From the NCBI GenBank assembly GCA_963817525.1, contig CAWFOU010000001.1:160001-224000 (forward strand): a stretch of DNA of 64,000 nucleotides, given 5' to 3'. The notes under the pieces are model-generated. The model was given only the letters and a program-made list of their open reading frames with translations, did no database searches and was not told the origin of the DNA. The translations under genes and the position numbers were made by a program. Below, piece by piece: positions 57,442 to 64,000 of this stretch (its first letter is position 1; the number at the start of each line of letters is the position of its first letter). This DNA is from an uncultured archaeon. Lineage in GTDB: Archaea; Thermoproteota; Nitrososphaeria; Nitrososphaerales; Gagatemarchaeaceae.

Positions 57442-58317
57442 TTGAGGCTCGCGGAGCGCCTGAGCCGGGGCATCTTCACCACCATGGTGGAGATCTTTCC
57501 CCCGAACTTCAACTCCGAGATGGCGAAGGAGCCGCTCCTCGGGCTGAGGCAGAAGACCCAGGACATCGTAGCGAGGATGAAGAAGGTCGAGAACCTGGCC
57601 GACTGCATACTCGTCGCTGACATGAAGGACGTCGGGCGGCTGAAGCTCTCCAGCGTGTACACCGCGGCGATGCTGAAGCAAGAGCTCGACATCGAGGTCA
57701 TCCCTGTCATAGGCGCGAGGGACGCCAACCGCTCGGCGGTCCGGACGCTCTTCCTCAGCGCCCTTTCCTACGGGCTCGACTCGGTGATGCTCGTCTGGGG
57801 TGACAAGTACGGGGAGGGCGACGGCTCGAGCAACGTCTACGACTACCCGTCGCTCTCAGCGGTCGTCAAGGAGATGAGGGAGCTCGCCGACAGGGCAAAC
57901 GTGAAGGCGACGATATTGGCGCCGGTCAATGTGGCAGCCCTGGGCACGAAGAAGGGCGACGAGATCGCGTCGTCCAGGATCAAGAGCGGTGCCGACTGCC
58001 TCCTCGCGCAGCCGCCCACCACCGACGTCGCGGAGACGCTCCCCCGACACGAGAAGGCCCTGGAGGAGAAGAAGCTCAAGGATCACGTGCTCCTCAACGT
58101 CTTCCCGTTCACGGGGAAGGAGGACATCGACGCCTGCAGGAAGAGGTTCGGGTGGGACATCTCGGCGGCCTTGGACAGGATGGCCATCGACGGAGGCGAG
58201 GCGAGGCTCCTGAAGGAGTCGAGGTCGGTCGTGGAGAAGATGCGCGACGACCACCTGCCTGGCGTCTACGTCTCGACCAGGGGCAAACCGGAATTGGCGC
58301 GCTTCATCCTGGACTGA
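57442..58317 (+). CDS. Methylenetetrahydrofolate reductase-like protein
   Basis: VEIFPP, ARDAN, LVWGD, GADCLLAQP motifs. Confidence 0.75.
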   Translation: MRLAERLSRGIFTTMVEIFPPNFNSEMAKEPLLGLRQKTQDIVARMKKVENLADCILVADMKDVGRLKLSSVYTAAMLKQELDIEVIPVIGARDANRSAVRTLFLSALSYGLDSVMLVWGDKYGEGDGSSNVYDYPSLSAVVKEMRELADRANVKATILAPVNVAALGTKKGDEIASSRIKSGADCLLAQPPTTDVAETLPRHEKALEEKKLKDHVLLNVFPFTGKEDIDACRKRFGWDISAALDRMAIDGGEARLLKESRSVVEKMRDDHLPGVYVSTRGKPELARFILD

Positions 58318-58381
58318 GGGATGCCGCGAATCCCACGAAGACCTAAATATCGTCCCATGCGCCGATTCTTCGAGTACCTCC

Positions 58382-59095
58382 TTGAAGGCCCTGATTCTCG
58401 CAGGCGGGCAGGGTCTGAGGCTGAGACCGCTCACCGACGACAGGCCCAAGCCGCTCGTGGAGGTCGCGGGCAAGCCCATCGCCGAATGGCAGCTGGACTG
58501 GCTGATCAAGAACGTCGAGCTGGAGCAGGCGATCTTCCTGTGCGGATACAAGTGGAATAGGCTGAAGGAACACTTTGGTAACGAATACAAAGGCGTGCGC
58601 ATCGACTACAGCGTAGAGGAATCGCCTCTGGGGACGGGGGGCGCGTTCCGCAAAGCCATCGTCAACACCAAGCTGGGAGACGAGAACCTGGTGATGATGA
58701 ACGGGGACATCGTCACGGACCTCCCGCTGGGGAACATGCTCGCCGAGCACTCCTATGGGAAGGGCGCCCCGACGATCACTCTGCTCCTCGTGCCCTACAA
58801 GTCGAGGTTCGGGATCGTGCACATCGACGAGGAGAACTTCGTAATGAGCTTCGAGGAGAAGCCCGAGTTCCCCGACGTCTGGATAAACGGGGGAATCTAC
58901 GTGGCCAGCGCGAAAAGGATCCTCTACTACCTCCCCGAGAAGGGGGACATCGAAAGGGAGACCTTCCCCAAGCTCGCCTCCGCAGGCGAGGTGATGGCCT
59001 ATCCTTACAGGGGCTTTTGGTCGCTAATCGACTCCGTCAAGGACATCCAGGAGGTCGAGAAGGCGCTAAAGGCGGGGACGGCGCGGAAGGGCTGA
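58382..59095 (+). CDS. Sugar-phosphate nucleotidyltransferase family protein
   Basis: ILAGGQGLRLRPLT..PKP, PLGTGGA, FEEKP motifs. Confidence 0.92.
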   Translation: MKALILAGGQGLRLRPLTDDRPKPLVEVAGKPIAEWQLDWLIKNVELEQAIFLCGYKWNRLKEHFGNEYKGVRIDYSVEESPLGTGGAFRKAIVNTKLGDENLVMMNGDIVTDLPLGNMLAEHSYGKGAPTITLLLVPYKSRFGIVHIDEENFVMSFEEKPEFPDVWINGGIYVASAKRILYYLPEKGDIERETFPKLASAGEVMAYPYRGFWSLIDSVKDIQEVEKALKAGTARKG

Positions 59096-59169
59096 CCCAA
59101 CAGAGCTCTTCTCGAAACGCTTATTATATCACTGCGGGGTGCGCCCTTTGGTAAGGGTCGATAGATTCC

Positions 59170-60270
59170 TTGCCACAAAGTTTTGTCACGAAGCTGAAGA
59201 ACGCGTCTCAGGCTTACACTTTCAAGGACTTCATCCTCCTGCCGGGTCGAAGCGAGGTGGAGCCAAGGGACATCGACCTGTCGTCGCACCTCACCAAGAA
59301 GATCAAGCTCAGCCTCCCCATGGTCTCGTCTCCCATGGACACGGTGACCGAATGGAGGATGGCAGTGGAGCTGGCGAGGATAGGGGCGGTAGGGGTCATA
59401 CATCGGAACATGAGCGCCGAAAGCCAGTTGGAGCAGGTGAAGAAGGCCAAGGCCGCCAAGGTGACCGCAAAGTCGGCCGACGGGAAAGGGAGACCTCTCG
59501 TGGGCGCCTCCGTCTCGCCGCTGGACACCAAGCGTTGTGAGGCCTTGGACAAAGTGGCAGACTTTCTGGTCTCCGATGTCGCCCACTTCCACAACTCGAA
59601 CTTGCTGAAGGTCACGGCGAAGCTCCTCCCCAACCTGAGCACGGACTTCATCGCCGGCAACATCGGCACCAGGAGGGCCGTCCGCGACATCCTCGAGGAG
59701 CTGCCGCGGGTCGACGGGTTCAGGGTCGGCATCGGCTCCGGCTCGGTCTGCATCACCTCCGAGGTGACGCGGGTGGGCGCCCCGACTCTGTTCGCGGTCT
59801 CCGAGGTGGCCACAGCGGTGAGCGAGCTCAACTCGGACGTCCCGATAATCGCTGACGGCGGGATACGCGGGGCCGGAGACGCGTCCCTCGCGCTTGCGGC
59901 GGGAGCCTCCACGGTGATGCTCGGCTCCATGCTAGCGGGGACCGAAGAGTCCCCGTCGAAGCTGGTGGTGAAGGACGGCAAGAAGATGAAGGTGCACAGG
60001 GGGATGGCGAGCGCAGCCGCGAGGAACGTCCGGTTCGCGCTGGACAGGTACAGCGTCCCAGCAAAAGGCCTCGAGGAGGGCGTGGAGGCGTATGTGGCCT
60101 ACTCGGGCAAGGCCGCGGACGTGATAGCGAAGATGGAGAACGGCCTGAAGGCCTCGTTCGGGTACTCGGGCGCGAGGAGCGTCCAGGACCTTTGGAGCGT
60201 CGCGTCGTTCGGCTACGTCTCTCCGCAGGGCACGTCGGAGCTCGGAGTCCACTCTCTGACCCTGAAGTGA
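59170..60270 (+). CDS. guaB: IMP dehydrogenase (lacking CBS domains)
   Basis: SSPMDTVTE, GIGSGSVCIT, ADGGI, RGMAS motifs; adjacent to guaA. Confidence 0.85.
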   Translation: MPQSFVTKLKNASQAYTFKDFILLPGRSEVEPRDIDLSSHLTKKIKLSLPMVSSPMDTVTEWRMAVELARIGAVGVIHRNMSAESQLEQVKKAKAAKVTAKSADGKGRPLVGASVSPLDTKRCEALDKVADFLVSDVAHFHNSNLLKVTAKLLPNLSTDFIAGNIGTRRAVRDILEELPRVDGFRVGIGSGSVCITSEVTRVGAPTLFAVSEVATAVSELNSDVPIIADGGIRGAGDASLALAAGASTVMLGSMLAGTEESPSKLVVKDGKKMKVHRGMASAAARNVRFALDRYSVPAKGLEEGVEAYVAYSGKAADVIAKMENGLKASFGYSGARSVQDLWSVASFGYVSPQGTSELGVHSLTLK

Positions 60271-60276
60271 GAGTGC

Positions 60277-61908
60277 TTGCGAGCGTCCAGCATGACCCAG
60301 ACGACGACAAGAAAACCCGCGAGCACGTCTCAGCCGGCGAAGGGCAGGGGCGCGAGGAAGGACATCAACCTTCTGCGAGGCGGGATAGCAGTCCTCGACT
60401 TTGGGGGGCAGTACTCGCACCTGATCGCCAGGCGCATCAGGGCGCTCGGGGTCTACTCGGCGCTGCTCCCTTTCGACACTCCCGCAGCCGCGCTGAAGGA
60501 GATGAGGGTGAAGGGCGTCGTCCTCTCAGGAGGCCCTTCGAGCGTATACGGCCCGGGAGCGCCTCATCCCGACAAGGCCATATTCTCAGGGGCCATTCCC
60601 GTCCTGGGAATCTGCTACGGATACCAGCTTCTAGTCCAGGGACATGGCGGCGAGGTGAAGCGGGCGTCGAGGAGGGAGTACGGCAAGTCCAGCCTCAAGA
60701 TCACCGACCGGTCGAGCATCTTCAGCGGGATCAGTGAAGGGAGCATCACCTGCTGGATGAGCCATGGGGACTCTGCCACGAAGCTGCCCCCCGACCTCAT
60801 CCCGATGGCCACCAGCGACAACTCCCCCTTCGCCGCCATCCGCTCCGCCGACGGCCTCCAGTTCGGTGTCCAGTTCCACCCCGAAGTGGTGCACACGGAG
60901 CACGGGGATAGGGTCCTCTCCAACTTCGTCATCGGCGTATGCGACGCCGAGGCAAGGTGGAGCATGCAGGGCTTCCTCGAGGAGACCCTGGAAGAGCTCA
61001 GGCAGACCCCAGAGGGTAGGGTCCTTTGTGCGGTCTCCGGGGGCGTGGACTCGTCCGTCACCTCGGTCCTCCTGGACAAGGCTATTCACGAGAGGCTCCA
61101 GTGCGTCTTCATAGACACCGGTCTCCTCAGGGAGGGGGAGGGGGCAGAGGTCTCCAAGTTCCTCAGGGGCGACCTAGGGGTCCCGCTCGAGTCGGTCGAC
61201 GCGTCGAAGCGGTTCTTGGACGCGCTGAAGGGCGTCTCCGACCCAGAAAAGAAGAGGAAGATCATCGGAAGGGTCTTCGCGGAGGTGTTCGAGGATTATG
61301 CGAGGAAGAAAGGGCCCTTCAGGTACCTCGCCCAGGGCACGCTCTATCCGGACGTGATAGAGAGCGGCCACACCAGCGCGCCCGCATCGGTCATCAAGAC
61401 GCACCACAACGTCGGCGGCCTCCCGAAGGACCTGAAGCTGGAGCTCATCGAGCCGCTCAGGGAGCTCTACAAGGACGAGGTCAGGGTGCTCGGCTCTCTC
61501 CTCGGCCTCCCGGCGGAGGTCCTGAAGCGGCATCCGTTCCCCGGCCCCGGCCTCGCGGTCAGGATCATCGGGGAGGTCACGCCTCGGAAGGTCCGCATCT
61601 GCAGGGGCGCGAACGCCATCGTCGAGCAGGTGATGCGCGAGGAGAAGCTCTACGACAGGGTCTGGCAGGCCTTCGCGTACGTCGGGGACGACAAGGTCAC
61701 CGGCGTGCTCGGGGACGAGCGCACCCTCGGGGCGCAGGTCACGGTCAGGGTCGTAGAGTCCGTGGACGCGATGACCGCGGACTGGTATCGCATGCCCCAC
61801 GCCGTGATGGAGAGGATCTCGAGCAGGGTAACCAACGAGGTGGACGGCGTCGTCAGCGTGGCGTACTCCATCTCCTCCAAGCCTCCCGCCACGATCGAGC
61901 CCCAGTGA
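60277..61908 (+). CDS. guaA: GMP synthase (fused glutaminase + synthetase)
   Basis: LGICYG, QFHPEV, SGGVDS, IKTHHNV, KPPATIE motifs. Confidence 0.96.
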   Translation: MRASSMTQTTTRKPASTSQPAKGRGARKDINLLRGGIAVLDFGGQYSHLIARRIRALGVYSALLPFDTPAAALKEMRVKGVVLSGGPSSVYGPGAPHPDKAIFSGAIPVLGICYGYQLLVQGHGGEVKRASRREYGKSSLKITDRSSIFSGISEGSITCWMSHGDSATKLPPDLIPMATSDNSPFAAIRSADGLQFGVQFHPEVVHTEHGDRVLSNFVIGVCDAEARWSMQGFLEETLEELRQTPEGRVLCAVSGGVDSSVTSVLLDKAIHERLQCVFIDTGLLREGEGAEVSKFLRGDLGVPLESVDASKRFLDALKGVSDPEKKRKIIGRVFAEVFEDYARKKGPFRYLAQGTLYPDVIESGHTSAPASVIKTHHNVGGLPKDLKLELIEPLRELYKDEVRVLGSLLGLPAEVLKRHPFPGPGLAVRIIGEVTPRKVRICRGANAIVEQVMREEKLYDRVWQAFAYVGDDKVTGVLGDERTLGAQVTVRVVESVDAMTADWYRMPHAVMERISSRVTNEVDGVVSVAYSISSKPPATIEPQ

Positions 61909-61918
61909 GAGATGCCAG

Positions 61919-62911
61919 ATGGTCGAGTTCCTTGGCCCGCACACCCAGCTTGCGGAGCTCCACGTCCACTTGGGTAGCTCGGTAGACCCCGCGGTCATGT
62001 GGGAGATAGCGCACGCCCAGGGAATCAGGCTCCCCACGAAGGACTACTGGCACTTCGTTGACATGATAACGGTCAACCCTAGGAAGGTGAAGTCGTTCGA
62101 GGACTACCTCGCGCTCTTCCACTGGACGGAGCTCATCCAGTCGAGCCCCCTCGCGATAGAGAACTCGGTCTACCACACCATCGCGGGGGCCTACCGCAAG
62201 AACAACATCACCCTCCTCGAGCTCAGGTTCAACCCGATGAAGAGAAACCGCGGCGGGGAGAGGGACCTCGACCAGATCATGATGGCGGCCGGCAGGGGCA
62301 TCGACAGGGCGTCCGCAGAGTACCCCGTGAAGACGGGCATCATCATCTGCCTCGACAGGACCTTCGACAAGCACCTCAACGAGATACTTCTCGAAAAGGC
62401 CCTGAAGTACAAGAACAGGGGAGTGGTGGGCATAGACATCGCGGGCTCCGCGAGGAAGGGCTTCCGCTACTCCGATTGCAAGGGCCTCTACAACAGGGCG
62501 CGCAAGGAGGGCCTCGGCCTCACGGTCCACGCCGGGGAAGACGAGGGCCCCCATTCCGTCCGCGACGTCCTCGAGCACCTCGAGCCGCAGAGGATCGGAC
62601 ACGGTGTCAGGGCGACCGAAGACGCCGAGACCCTGGAGATGCTGCACGAGAGGGGGGTGACCCTAGAGCTGTGCCCCTCGTCCAACCTCAACACCCGGGT
62701 CCTGAAGGGTGTGGGCGACATGAAGCGGGTCTTCAGGCAGCTCAACGAAAGCAAGGTCAAGTACACGATCAACACCGACGGGCCGGAGATGCTCTTGACC
62801 AACCTCAGGAACGAGATCGACTTCCTCCTCAGGAACGGCATCGTCAAGAAAGAGGATGTGCTCAGAGCGAACAAGAACGCCTTCGCGGCCTCCTTCATCC
62901 GCTCCGCCTGA
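61919..62911 (+). CDS. Adenosine deaminase family metallohydrolase
   Basis: ELHVHL, VHAGE, RIGHG, CPSSN, NTD motifs. Confidence 0.9.
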   Translation: MVEFLGPHTQLAELHVHLGSSVDPAVMWEIAHAQGIRLPTKDYWHFVDMITVNPRKVKSFEDYLALFHWTELIQSSPLAIENSVYHTIAGAYRKNNITLLELRFNPMKRNRGGERDLDQIMMAAGRGIDRASAEYPVKTGIIICLDRTFDKHLNEILLEKALKYKNRGVVGIDIAGSARKGFRYSDCKGLYNRARKEGLGLTVHAGEDEGPHSVRDVLEHLEPQRIGHGVRATEDAETLEMLHERGVTLELCPSSNLNTRVLKGVGDMKRVFRQLNESKVKYTINTDGPEMLLTNLRNEIDFLLRNGIVKKEDVLRANKNAFAASFIRSA

Positions 62912-62958
62912 CCCGCACCCCAAGGCCTAAATGCGCTGGGCTCCCCGGGAAAGAGAGG

Positions 62959-63483
62959 TTGGCCAGAGAAGACGGTCCCGGCGCCAAGAAGGCGGCCGAG
63001 CAGGACGATATTGACGAGAGCGTGCTGGAGGAGGGCTCGTACTATCTCTCGAAGCTCGACCTCGACGTCGACGCGATAGCCGAGCGCTTCGAGACCACCC
63101 CCGCCAAGGTCCTCAGGCACAAGACCAGGTTCGAGGGGAAGCTGAAGAGGGGGGACGCCGTCGAGGCAGACTCCGACCTCGCCTTTTGGAGGAACGTCAA
63201 GCAGGAGGCGGAGGGGAACGTGAAGGTGACCTTCGTGAGCGACAAGGGCTTCCACCACGCCTGGAGGTCCGACCTCGAGAAGATGGACGGCCCCTCCCTG
63301 CTGGCCGTCTTCGAGTCTTGCAAGCAGTTCCTCAACCTCGACCCCAACGCCAGGTTCCTCCAATACTCTCCCCCGAAGAACTACGACCCCCTGGCCATGC
63401 AGCGCGAGATCACAAAGGCCGTCACGGTCATCAACTCCATCCTCGAGTCCAAGTGGAAGCACGAGAAAAAGGCCGGCGATTAG
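62959..63483 (+). CDS. Hypothetical protein with possible HTH
   Basis: Probable TTG start at 62959; VDAIAERFETTPAKV segment; host codon usage. Confidence 0.6.
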   Translation: MAREDGPGAKKAAEQDDIDESVLEEGSYYLSKLDLDVDAIAERFETTPAKVLRHKTRFEGKLKRGDAVEADSDLAFWRNVKQEAEGNVKVTFVSDKGFHHAWRSDLEKMDGPSLLAVFESCKQFLNLDPNARFLQYSPPKNYDPLAMQREITKAVTVINSILESKWKHEKKAGD

Positions 63484-63529
63484 CGCCAGCGGGGCGGGCC
63501 TTATCTCCGAGGGCTCCCAGGTCAGGTGC

Positions 63530-63886
63530 ATGGACAAGCTAGCGCACTCCACCAAAGAGTCCGAGGACCTCCTCAGGTCGCTGGCGGGAGGCGAAGGCGT
63601 CGCCCTCCGCCCGATGTTCGGGAACCTCTCAGCCTTCGTCAGGGGGAACATGTACATGGGGGTCTACGGAGAAGATCTCTTCGTCAGGCTCTCTGAAGAG
63701 GACCGGGCCGAGCTCCTCAAGGTGAAGGGGGCGGCGGTATTCGAGCCAATCAAAGGAAGGCAGATGAAAGAGTACGTGGTTGTCCCGAAGTCGTGGGCGG
63801 GCGACCCCGCGAAGATTAGGCCATGGGCTGCCAAGGCGCTGGACTGGTCTAGCAGTCTGCCTACCAAGAAGGCGAAAAAGCGCTAG
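63530..63886 (+). CDS. TfoX/Sxy N-terminal domain protein
   Basis: RPMFG, LFVRL, F.P..GRQMKEY motifs. Confidence 0.88.
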   Translation: MDKLAHSTKESEDLLRSLAGGEGVALRPMFGNLSAFVRGNMYMGVYGEDLFVRLSEEDRAELLKVKGAAVFEPIKGRQMKEYVVVPKSWAGDPAKIRPWAAKALDWSSSLPTKKAKKR

Positions 63887-63925
63887 GTTTTTCTGTTCGG
63901 TCAGGCACTTCAGTTCGAAGACAGG

Positions 63926-64000
63926 ATGCGCTACATGACCGACGCGCACTTGAGCGGCCTCGCCGCGGAGCTAAGAGGAGTAGGGGTGGACTGCCAGACG
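63926..64000 (+). CDS. Start of a Mut7-C/PIN-like protein (truncated)
   Basis: MRYMTDAHLSGLAAELRGVGVDC resembles the Mut7-C N-terminus. Confidence 0.5.
   Translation, partial: MRYMTDAHLSGLAAELRGVGVDCQT

Noticed and set aside
59170-60270. CBS-less IMPDH as a novel enzyme
   Set aside because: CBS-lacking IMPDH/GMP-reductase family members are known, and adjacency to guaA fits an ordinary guaB.

Overview
GC-rich archaeal chromosomal segment, most consistent with a Nitrososphaerota/Thaumarchaeota-related lineage (single-chain fused RpoA'+A'', PEF(P)-CTERM surface proteins, many TTG/GTG starts). Housekeeping content: rpoH-rpoB-rpoA-L30e-nusA-S12-S7, EF-1alpha, kdpABC with an Lrp/AsnC-type regulator, a cystathionine beta-synthase/gamma-lyase pair, aconitase, hisC, Lhr helicase, a three-gene MetE-fold plus MTHFR cluster, guaB/guaA and adenosine deaminase, and tRNA-Leu(TAG). 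Four selfish or mobile structures are visible, none with its own recombinase in the window. (1) A tnpB gene is bounded by IS6-like terminal inverted repeats and an 8-bp target-site duplication. (2) A free-standing HTH + double-LAGLIDADG endonuclease insert appears to have replaced the 3' end of the EF-1alpha gene. (3) Two tandem single-gene mini-cassettes are delimited by tRNA-Leu 3'-end repeats. (4) A 522-aa LAGLIDADG intein sits at an Fe-S-ligand cysteine of aconitase. Several microproteins are missing from, or mis-started in, the ORF track. Three single-base frameshifts look like assembly errors. All family assignments are by eye from motifs; no database search was run.
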